Both the position numbers and the translations under genes were made by a program. A stretch of 38,902 nucleotides of DNA, taken from positions 1-38,902 of the IMG/VR virus record IMGVR_UViG_3300031942_000024; one strand, given 5' to 3'. This document shows, one piece after another, positions 26,254 through 33,492 of this stretch. Numbering within the stretch: the first letter of the stretch is position 1; every line of letters begins with the position of its first letter. The notes beneath the pieces were generated by a model that had not been told where the DNA came from, did no database searches, and worked only from the letters and a program-made list of their open reading frames with translations. Origin of the DNA: a virus. Taxonomy: Duplodnaviria; Caudoviricetes.

Positions 26254-27479
26254 TGACCTGGCCCTTTCATCAGCAGCTTCAGGCTCGCCTGGAATTTCTC
26301 CACCAGCACCACCGGCTGCACGATCGGCGCCGGGTCGTCGTCGCGCGCGATCGTGGTCTCGCTGGTGGCGGGCGCGACGCGGAGATCATCCGGGATCTTC
26401 CTGTTCTTGCGCCGTGCCAGGGCGTCGGCGGCCTCGAACGTCAACAGCTTCCTGCGCCAGATTTCACTAGGCTTGAAGCCGAGCTTCTTCAGCGCTGCCT
26501 CGACCTCGGTCTCGTCGATCCACTGCCGCATCCTGGTCTTGTGCTTGAGCCGCCAGCCCGGCACCTTGCCGCCTTCGCTCAGGAAGGCGTGCATCTGGTC
26601 GTCGATCTCCTTCTTGAACAGCGCCGCCGCGTCGACCAGGTCCTTGGCGTGCGCCAGATACTCGCCGTAGGCGTTGCTCTTCTTCGCCGGCGCGGTGTTG
26701 ACCTTGAGCGCCGACAGATCGATCAGCGGCCCGATCCAGGCCGGGCAGGTCAGCTTGCAGGGCGCGAAGCGGCAGTGCTCGCCCTTGACCCGCAGCGGTC
26801 CCGGCCGCAGTGCGATGCGCACGCTCTGCTGTAACAGGTCGCGAAAGTTGATGATGTCGGCCTTGCGGATGACGGTATGGGTCAGCGGCTCCGCCGAGCG
26901 CGGCTGGATGATGGCGCCGACCAGCAGCTTGCGATGATACTGCGACGGCTGGGTGTAGCGCGAGGCGGTGATGTAGTACATCAGCTGCGGATTGATCTGG
27001 CCGCTCGAAGTGACCGCCAGCACCGGCACGCCCTGGCCGAACTTCCAATCGACGTGCAGCACCGTGCTACGGCTGGCCAGGATCAGATCGATGGTGCCGA
27101 AGGCGTCGATGATGCCGGGAAACACCACGTTCTGCTCGATGCCGATGATCTCGAAGCTGCCGCCATAGGCCTGTTCGAGATCGCTTAGCGCGAACAGCGC
27201 CGGATCGATCATGCCGTCGAGATGCTGCTGCGTCACCACGCGATCGTAGATGAACTGATCGCGCCAACGCACGCTGGCATTTGTCCATGACCACGGCGCA
27301 CGATCGCGGCGATCCTCCATGATCTTCTGCATCACCGCATGGGCGAAGCTGCCTTCCTCGGCATACTCGCTGGTGGTCTCGGCGGAGGGCGGCAGCGCGA
27401 GAACGGCCTGGACGCTGGCCGGGCACGCGATGACGCGACCGGCGGTCGAGCCGCCCACAATGGACGAGTGACCTGTCAT
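26250..27479 (-). CDS. DUF2800-like PD-(D/E)XK (Cas4-like) exonuclease
   Basis: GGSTA..CP.S, AEEGSFAH, FGTID, DWKFG, NPQLMYY, IIQPR and HCRF..C...C motifs. Confidence 0.88.
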   Translation of the reverse strand: MTGHSSIVGGSTAGRVIACPASVQAVLALPPSAETTSEYAEEGSFAHAVMQKIMEDRRDRAPWSWTNASVRWRDQFIYDRVVTQQHLDGMIDPALFALSDLEQAYGGSFEIIGIEQNVVFPGIIDAFGTIDLILASRSTVLHVDWKFGQGVPVLAVTSSGQINPQLMYYITASRYTQPSQYHRKLLVGAIIQPRSAEPLTHTVIRKADIINFRDLLQQSVRIALRPGPLRVKGEHCRFAPCKLTCPAWIGPLIDLSALKVNTAPAKKSNAYGEYLAHAKDLVDAAALFKKEIDDQMHAFLSEGGKVPGWRLKHKTRMRQWIDETEVEAALKKLGFKPSEIWRRKLLTFEAADALARRKNRKIPDDLRVAPATSETTIARDDDPAPIVQPVVLVEKFQASLKLLMKGPGQ

Positions 27480-27538
27480 ATTATACCCTGTTCCGAAGGT
27501 CCTGGATCCTGTTGACCGGCCAAGCTAACGGATCTAGC

Positions 27539-27844
27539 GTGAACGTCAAGACCATAAAAGAAAGATGGATCGAGGACGCGCTGGTCAGGCGGGTGCACGC
27601 CGCCGGCGGGATCTGCGAGAAGGTCACCACCATCGGGTATCGCGGCTTCTTCGACCGGCTGGTCATCCTGCCGGGCGGGAAAATATTTTTTGTCGAGCTG
27701 AAGCGGCCCCGAGGCGGAAGGATGTCAGCCCATCAGATCCAACGCCACAAAGCCTATCGCGCGCTCGGCGGCCGGGTTGAAATCATTTTGAATGTGGCGG
27801 ATATTGACCGGCTCATAAAAGAAGAGGGCCCCGCGATCTCATAA
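27539..27844 (+). CDS. VRR-NUC domain nuclease
   Basis: ERWIE...GFFDRLVILPGG..FFVELKRPRGG.MS..Q; start codon uncertain (TTG 27512 or GTG 27539). Confidence 0.88.
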   Translation: MNVKTIKERWIEDALVRRVHAAGGICEKVTTIGYRGFFDRLVILPGGKIFFVELKRPRGGRMSAHQIQRHKAYRALGGRVEIILNVADIDRLIKEEGPAIS

Positions 27845-27902
27845 ATCCGGGGCCCACAGTCACTATCCACATCACCGCTACACCCGCAAAGGAGAAGCAG
27901 TA

Positions 27903-30299
27903 ATGACTACCAGTAATAGCGGTTCCGGCTCGCCGAAACAAGCCCCTGCACCGATTAGTTTCAGGATCACGATATTCCCCAACGTAGCGGCGGCGACCAA
28001 AACCAGTTTCACCATGACGGTGAAAGAACTCGCAACCCACATCGCTTTAGTTACCGCCAAACGTAAAGAAGGTTTACCTCTGCTGAAGCTAGCCAGCTTC
28101 GGTGATGTGCCGACGACAAAAAATTCGCTGCGCCACGACGCCAACATGGGTGACATATCTGGCGTCGAGATCGAGCACGACAAAGGCCCCATGAAGCTTG
28201 AGGAGGCCCTCACCCGGCTGGACGCGTTCAATATCAGCTACGTTGCCTATCACACACCGCGGCACACGCCCGATGAGCCGCACTGGCGCATCCTGCTGCC
28301 GACTTCACGGGAATATGCCAAGACCGCACGCTCCGAGCTGGTGGCACGGCTCAACGGCCTGCTCGATAGCCAGCTGGCGAGAGAAAGCTTCGTGCCGCTC
28401 TCGCAGACGTTCTATTACGGCATCGTCAGAGACACGCTGGAGCAAGAGGTCATCTATATCGAAGGAGAATATTTCGACACCATCGAGGCCTTGCGACTTA
28501 ATGCACGCTGGCCTGGTGATATGACACCGACAATAGCAGGACAATCAAAGCCTATCGGACAGTGGACCGAGGCCAAGATGGCGGCGCTGGAGAAGCACCG
28601 CGATCCCGCCCACCGCAACGGTCAGAACGGCTGGCATGATCTGGTGCGTGATTACTCATGTTCACTGGCGGCGCGCGGCTATGAGGACGAAGAAATCCGC
28701 CAACTCTGCGCGCCCTATTGCAACGAAGGCGCCGACGACGAGGACCTGACGACTTTACTCGACGGACCTCGGATCAATCAGATCAAGCGCAGGAAGGCGC
28801 CGACCACGCTGCTGCGTCAACTCAAGGCCCAGATCGAGGGCACGGCCCAGCCGGCGCCGGCACCAGGCGAAACCCCGCCAGACAATTGCACGATCGAGCT
28901 GCCGCCGGAGCCGAAGCACACGGCGCCGATGGATGAGAAGGTGCAATGGTTGCTGACGCGCTACGGCTACGTCACGCATAAAGCGCCGGTCATCGACCTC
29001 TATGCGACCAAGGCTGAGCCGTCACTCTCAATTCAATGGCTGCGCGATCGCTATTTGTCCTGGCGTGAAACCAAAGATGTTCAGAAAGCCAAGCCCGAAT
29101 ACGAGCTGGTGACCAATCGCTGGCAGGTCCATCCGCATCGCATCCACCCTGTCGGCGTTGTCCTGGCGCCGAACCAGCCGTTCCCGATTTTCACGCAGAA
29201 CGGTCTGGTGCTCAAAAACCTGTATCGGCGGCCGCAGCACACCGGCGAGGGCGAGATCGAGACCTTTCTGGATTTCATGGCGCATCTATTGCCCGATGAA
29301 GTCGAACGCGAGTGGTGCCTGGACTGGATCGCGCACAAGTGGCTGCATCCGGAGATCCCCGGCTCGGCGATCATCATGGTGGCGCACGGCGTGTTCGGCG
29401 CCGGCCGCACGCTGTGGGGCTCGATCATGCATCGGCTCTTCGGCGAGGATTATACCCGCGAGCAGGACTTCTCCATCCTCGATGGCACCAATAGCCAGTC
29501 ACGATTTACCGACTGGATCCACAAGGTTTTCACCACTGTCGACGAGGGCTCGTCTCACGAGCACGCGCACCGGATCGGCGAGCGCCGGCGGGTCTATGAG
29601 CGGCTCAAGCGTCTGGCCGACCCGGCACCGGTGCGGCGCACGATCGAGGGCAAGGGGACGGCCGCGGTCGACATCGTCAGCTGCAATTCCCTGGCGGTCT
29701 TCACCAACCACAACAACGCGCTCGCCCTGCCGGTCGACGATCGCCGGTTCGCGGTGCTGACCAATGGCCGGCCCCTGGTCGAGCCGCTGCGCTCGCGGAT
29801 CCTGGCCTGGCGCGAGCAGCCCGGCACTATCGCCGCCCTGGCGCGCTATTGCGAATGGCGAGATCTGAGTCGGTTCGATGCACAGCTGGCACCCATGACC
29901 GAGGGCAAGGCGCTGATGACTGAGATGGCGCAGACCGAGGCCGAGCAGGCCATGATCGACCTGAAATCGGATGCCAGTTTTGGCAAGATATTCTGGCGCG
30001 AGGTGCTGGTGTCGGCGATCACCATGCGGTGTGCCCACGATCCCTATATCAAAGATTACATCAAGGAGGCATGGCAACGTCATGTTGTGCCTGTGTTCAC
30101 CGGTAACCAACCCCTTGAAACCGGTAACCAACCAGGGCGTTTGGTGCAGAAAACGGTAACCATCGACGGCCTGCGTCGCAGGTTGTTCTGCTTTGGTTGC
30201 TATTTGGATGAGGTCACCAGGATGACCCAGGACCAGGTCGATCGCGAGCTGGCGAAGTTTAAGCCGGTCAATGTGACCGCTTATCAGCCGCTACGGTAA
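27903..30299 (+). CDS. primase-polymerase / SF3-like helicase fusion
   Basis: AAGGAG SD; N-terminal AEP-like YHTPRH...HWRILLP; C-terminal P-loop GVFGAGRT, Walker B TVDE, FTNH and DDRRFAV motifs. Confidence 0.85.
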   Translation: MTTSNSGSGSPKQAPAPISFRITIFPNVAAATKTSFTMTVKELATHIALVTAKRKEGLPLLKLASFGDVPTTKNSLRHDANMGDISGVEIEHDKGPMKLEEALTRLDAFNISYVAYHTPRHTPDEPHWRILLPTSREYAKTARSELVARLNGLLDSQLARESFVPLSQTFYYGIVRDTLEQEVIYIEGEYFDTIEALRLNARWPGDMTPTIAGQSKPIGQWTEAKMAALEKHRDPAHRNGQNGWHDLVRDYSCSLAARGYEDEEIRQLCAPYCNEGADDEDLTTLLDGPRINQIKRRKAPTTLLRQLKAQIEGTAQPAPAPGETPPDNCTIELPPEPKHTAPMDEKVQWLLTRYGYVTHKAPVIDLYATKAEPSLSIQWLRDRYLSWRETKDVQKAKPEYELVTNRWQVHPHRIHPVGVVLAPNQPFPIFTQNGLVLKNLYRRPQHTGEGEIETFLDFMAHLLPDEVEREWCLDWIAHKWLHPEIPGSAIIMVAHGVFGAGRTLWGSIMHRLFGEDYTREQDFSILDGTNSQSRFTDWIHKVFTTVDEGSSHEHAHRIGERRRVYERLKRLADPAPVRRTIEGKGTAAVDIVSCNSLAVFTNHNNALALPVDDRRFAVLTNGRPLVEPLRSRILAWREQPGTIAALARYCEWRDLSRFDAQLAPMTEGKALMTEMAQTEAEQAMIDLKSDASFGKIFWREVLVSAITMRCAHDPYIKDYIKEAWQRHVVPVFTGNQPLETGNQPGRLVQKTVTIDGLRRRLFCFGCYLDEVTRMTQDQVDRELAKFKPVNVTAYQPLR

Positions 30300-30470
30300 C
30301 CGAAGCGAGCCCTAGGTGACTGGTCGGTTACCGGTCGGTTACCGGAAAAAGTCAATGAAATCAACGATCGACCTTTATTTCAGTAACCAGTAACCAACTT
30401 TATATATTCAGTCAAAAAATATAGAGAAAATAAGGGGAGAAGAGTTGGACCCCTTGGTTACTGGTTACTG
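30099..30470. repeat. putative replication origin: GGTAACC/GTAACCA iterons and AT-rich core
   Basis: ACCGGTAACCAACC at 30099 and 30120; GGTAACC at 30155 and 30295; GGTCGGTTACC twice at 30322-30343; perfect 17-bp inverted repeat 30381-30397 / 30454-30470 around a 56-nt AT-rich spacer. Confidence 0.75.
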
Positions 30471-30496
30471 GGGCCGGTTTTCGGTCATTTTTCGGT

Positions 30497-30524
30497 AAAA
30501 AAGAAGCCCCGTCTCCGGGGCTTC
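30497..30524 (-). terminator. rho-independent terminator of the leftward small-gene operon
   Basis: On the minus strand GAAGCCCCG-GAGA-CGGGGCTTC followed by TTTTTT. Confidence 0.85.
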
Positions 30525-30531
30525 GTTCGCT

Positions 30532-30750
30532 TCAGTCGGTACGACCGGTTCGGTCGCGGAGGTAGCGTCGCTGGTAGAAATAGTCGGCCCAGATCGTGAC
30601 CTCGACATCGTCGCGTCGGTAGAGGATCGTGACCTGGCGATCGTCCAATCCGTGCGGGTCGCCGACGTTGAACTCCGTGGTATTGGTTGCCTTGGCTACG
30701 ATGTAGCCGCGGGGTTGCTTGACCAGGGTGATGGTGACGGCTTTGGACAT
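30532..30750 (-). CDS. hypothetical protein
   Basis: GAGGAG SD; TGATG coupling; ends just before the terminator. Confidence 0.6.
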   Translation of the reverse strand: MSKAVTITLVKQPRGYIVAKATNTTEFNVGDPHGLDDRQVTILYRRDDVEVTIWADYFYQRRYLRDRTGRTD

Positions 30751-30908
30751 CAGTGGCTCCTCTCGGGGGTGGTCGAACGATGGCCCGGTCGCAGGGCTTC
30801 GGTGGCGGCGATCACCTCTTCGAGCGCCTGGAGCATGGCTTCGAGGGCGCGGATCCGGTGCAGCAGGCGCTCGCGTTCGCTGCCGGGGGTACGGGGGATG
30901 CGGATCAT
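30750..30908 (-). CDS. hypothetical protein (52 aa, not in the ORF track)
   Basis: MIRIPRTPGSERERLLHRIRALEAML...; GGAG SD; coupled at both ends. Confidence 0.55.
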   Translation of the reverse strand: MIRIPRTPGSERERLLHRIRALEAMLQALEEVIAATEALRPGHRSTTPERSH

Positions 30909-31096
30909 GCGCGGTGCTCCAGGATGCAGACGAGGCGGCTTTCGACGACTTCGGCGACGCGGCCGTGCTCGGCCCTGTACAGGGCCAGGGCGCGGTGCCG
31001 GGCCGCCTCCAGGCTGCGGGCGATGATGGTGTCGTAGATGCGAATCCGTCCGTCAGCGGTGCGCAGCCTGACCTGGTAGAGGCATTGGCGGGTCAT
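30905..31096 (-). CDS. hypothetical protein
   Basis: GAGG SD before ATG 31096; ATGA overlap downstream. Confidence 0.55.
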   Translation of the reverse strand: MTRQCLYQVRLRTADGRIRIYDTIIARSLEAARHRALALYRAEHGRVAEVVESRLVCILEHRA

Positions 31097-31107
31097 GGCG
31101 GGCGACC

Positions 31108-31392
31108 TCACTTCTTGCCGTTGCGGGCGACGACGCGCAGGGTGCGCGTCTCGGCGACGTTGGTGTGGGCCTGGATGAACTGGCGCGACAGGTGGGCGCG
31201 CACCGCCTCCATGTCGAGCGTCTCGCGAGTGCCTTCGGAGATCGTGAGCCGGAACATGTCGCCTTCATAGGCGCCGGGGCCGAGGTCGGCGAGCGCGGTC
31301 TTGAGCGCCTTTTCCTGCTCGGCGAGGTCGGCGATTTGGGCCTTGAGCATGCCGTATTGATCGATCAGGGCGGAGAGATTGGTCTGGGTCAT
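31108..31392 (-). CDS. hypothetical phage protein with an N-terminal coiled coil
   Basis: CAGGAAACAGGA SD region; IDQYGMLKAQIADLAEQEKALK. Confidence 0.75.
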   Translation of the reverse strand: MTQTNLSALIDQYGMLKAQIADLAEQEKALKTALADLGPGAYEGDMFRLTISEGTRETLDMEAVRAHLSRQFIQAHTNVAETRTLRVVARNGKK

Positions 31393-31441
31393 GGTCCTGT
31401 TTCCTGTTTGCTGTCTGGCGGCCCCGCGGGCCGCTGTGCGG

Positions 31442-31490
31442 GTTATGGCAGGGTTCGGTGCACCGGTCAATATGACCGGTGCACTTTTTT
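31442..31490. promoter_or_regulatory. leftward promoter embedded in a 12-bp palindrome (also a possible + strand terminator)
   Basis: GTGCACCGGTCA-ATA-TGACCGGTGCAC (31458-31484) followed by T6; the minus strand reads TTGACC-N17-CATAAC. Confidence 0.65.
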
Positions 31491-31495
31491 CAAAA

Positions 31496-31711
31496 TTATT
31501 TTGATCGGTCGATCTTCTCGATCAGGCGGCCGTCGACCCAGGCGTAGTTGACGGGATCGCCGCTCTTGACCGAGCGCCAGCCGGTAACCGCGGTCCATCG
31601 CATCATCAGATCGTGGACGTAGTCATCGGCTTCTTTCCTGGTGGCGAAGCGAACGGCATTGCCCGTCCACTTGCCGGAGCTGTCGGCGATCACTTCGGAT
31701 TTCCAGCTCAT
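31496..31711 (-). CDS. hypothetical phage protein
   Basis: MSWKSEVIADSSGKWTGNAVRFAT..EA; ATGA coupling. Confidence 0.7.
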   Translation of the reverse strand: MSWKSEVIADSSGKWTGNAVRFATRKEADDYVHDLMMRWTAVTGWRSVKSGDPVNYAWVDGRLIEKIDRSK

Positions 31712-32181
31712 GCTCCGCACTCCTCGGCGCTGAAGCCGACCTTGTGGATGCATTCCGGGCCGAAGCCGGAGGCGATCGAGCTGGGGACCGTCAAGGCCCG
31801 GCCGCAGCGGCCGCAACGGCCCTCGTGCCAGACCTCCAGGCCGTCCGGCAGGCTGTCCTGGACGAAGCGCTGCCAGGCCCACATGAAGGCGCGGACGCTC
31901 GGCGCGTCGCGGCCGACCCTGGCCTTGGCGCCGCCGTGGAAGAACACGCCGCGGCGGATGTAGCCGACATAGGCGAAATCGGCGGTGTTGTCGGGGCCGT
32001 CGAGCAGCGACACGAAGTGAATGCCGCGGTCGGCCTCGCCGGTGTCCTTGTTGATCGGGCAGGCGATGCGGAAGGTGAAGCGGGTGCCGGTCTTCTCTGA
32101 TACCAAAGTGAGGCGGGCGTTGCCGGCCAGCGCGAAGGCGCAGACCTGGGCGGCGGTGGTGAGGCGGGCAGTGTTGTCCAT
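31708..32181 (-). CDS. DUF6011-like zinc-binding protein
   Basis: C-terminal CGRCGRALTVPSSIASGFGPEC; GGAG SD before ATG 32181. Confidence 0.8.
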   Translation of the reverse strand: MDNTARLTTAAQVCAFALAGNARLTLVSEKTGTRFTFRIACPINKDTGEADRGIHFVSLLDGPDNTADFAYVGYIRRGVFFHGGAKARVGRDAPSVRAFMWAWQRFVQDSLPDGLEVWHEGRCGRCGRALTVPSSIASGFGPECIHKVGFSAEECGA

Positions 32182-32211
32182 AAGGGATCTCCGTGGTTGG
32201 TGACGTAGACC

Positions 32212-32244
32212 TTGACATGAAACCCAGGACTGGTCAATATGACC
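32212..32244. promoter_or_regulatory. overlapping divergent promoters with a GGTCA-N3-TGACC palindrome
   Basis: Plus strand TTGACA(32212)-N17-CAATAT(32235); palindrome 32232-32244; minus-strand TTGACC inside it. Confidence 0.65.
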
Positions 32245-32281
32245 GGGTGACTTTTTCCAAATTATTTTTATGGAGCAGCCG

Positions 32282-32497
32282 ATGGACTGGCAGGATACCC
32301 GCACCATGACGGCCGACGAGTTTCGCCGCGCGCTCGCCAGGCTGGGGCTGACCTATGCCGACGCCGCCCGCTATCTGGGCCGCTATGAGCGCACCGCCAG
32401 GCGTTACGGCCACGGCACCACGCGGGTGCCGACCGCCGACGTTTTGCTGCTCAGCGCCCTGATCGCGCTCAAGATCAAGCCCAAGGTTCCCCGCTAG
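32282..32497 (+). CDS. XRE-family HTH regulator
   Basis: GGAG SD; FRRALARLGLTYADAARYLGRYERTARRYGHG. Confidence 0.8.
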   Translation: MDWQDTRTMTADEFRRALARLGLTYADAARYLGRYERTARRYGHGTTRVPTADVLLLSALIALKIKPKVPR

Positions 32498-32627
32498 GCA
32501 GGATCCGGGTTTCGGGTTATGTTCCGCGTCGGATGAGAACGAGGTCATCCGGCGCGGCGGGCTGTTCGCAGGCACTGCCCCCAGCCCGCTGCGGCGCCCC
32601 GCCGCGTCATGTGGCCAGGATCCGGGT

Positions 32628-32867
32628 ATGTCAGACGTCAAGATGCTGCGCATGATCGATGGCGCCATTCAGGAAGCGACCAAGACGCTGGCCCGGGCTC
32701 AGGCTCGGCTGCTGGCGCAATTCGCCAGCGGCGTGGCCACCGAGCTGCAGCAGATGCGCAAGGAAATCGCCGAGATGAAACGCGCCATTGCTCCCGTGGC
32801 GGTAATCAGGGAGCCGGGGGGTACCCCGTCGATACGTGCCGATCCCGAAAAAGAAACAGCCAATTGA
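32628..32867 (+). CDS. hypothetical protein
   Basis: Helical 79-aa ORF overlapping the terS start. Confidence 0.55.
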   Translation: MSDVKMLRMIDGAIQEATKTLARAQARLLAQFASGVATELQQMRKEIAEMKRAIAPVAVIREPGGTPSIRADPEKETAN

Positions 32868-33120
32868 TTTAGGCTCGCTAGCGCGCTCTTACACCGAGCT
32901 GGCGTTACGGACCCTGGCCGGCATTGCAATATCAAGCGAGAATGACAGTGCGCGGGTCGGGGCCTGCGCGATTCTGCTCGATCGTGGCTGGGGCCGTGCT
33001 GCGCAGATGCACACCGGGCCGGACGGCGCCGGTCTCGAAATCACCATTCGTCAAATTATTGAGGATCGATCGAACGCTGCCACAGTGATCGAGGGTCGCA
33101 GCCATGACGCTACACCGTGA
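32836..33120 (+). CDS. putative terminase small subunit
   Basis: LARSYT..A..TL...ARVGA..ILLDRGWGRA motif; upstream of terL. Confidence 0.65.
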   Translation: MPIPKKKQPIDLGSLARSYTELALRTLAGIAISSENDSARVGACAILLDRGWGRAAQMHTGPDGAGLEITIRQIIEDRSNAATVIEGRSHDATP

Positions 33121-33292
33121 CAACATCAAGGGCGCGCTAGCGCGCGGTTATTGCCGCAGCGACAATCAATGCAAACGGATTGATAATGATTTGATTGAAG
33201 CGATGAGCGACGAATTGATGCAGCTCATCGACGCCTACCTGGTCGCGCACCAGGTCGCGCCGACGCCGTATGGTTCGACGCGATGGAGGTAA
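33104..33292 (+). CDS. hypothetical protein
   Basis: GAGG SD; low-GC small ORF (GALARGYC...K.ID.DLIEAM). Confidence 0.6.
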   Translation: MTLHRDNIKGALARGYCRSDNQCKRIDNDLIEAMSDELMQLIDAYLVAHQVAPTPYGSTRWR

Positions 33293-33294
33293 TA

Positions 33295-33492
33295 ATGGGT
33301 ATGTCGGGTTCGCAACCGATGCCGACACCGGGCGGGCCGCCCAGGACCATTGCGGAAGAACCGAATTATGGCGAGGAGCTCAGGAAATACAATCACAAGA
33401 TGCGTGTCGCGTTGCGCGTGGTCGACGACGGCGGCGCCGCGGCGCACGCGATGCAGCGCATGTTTCAAGCGCGTGATCGAGGGCCGCGATGA
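33295..33492 (+). CDS. hypothetical protein
   Basis: GGAGGT SD before ATG 33295; ATGA overlap with terL. Confidence 0.6.
   Translation: MGMSGSQPMPTPGGPPRTIAEEPNYGEELRKYNHKMRVALRVVDDGGAAAHAMQRMFQARDRGPR

Noticed and set aside
30099-30470. CRISPR-like array
   Set aside because: Repeats are 7-17 nt, irregularly spaced and in both orientations; the Cas4-like gene is a standard phage replication-module nuclease.
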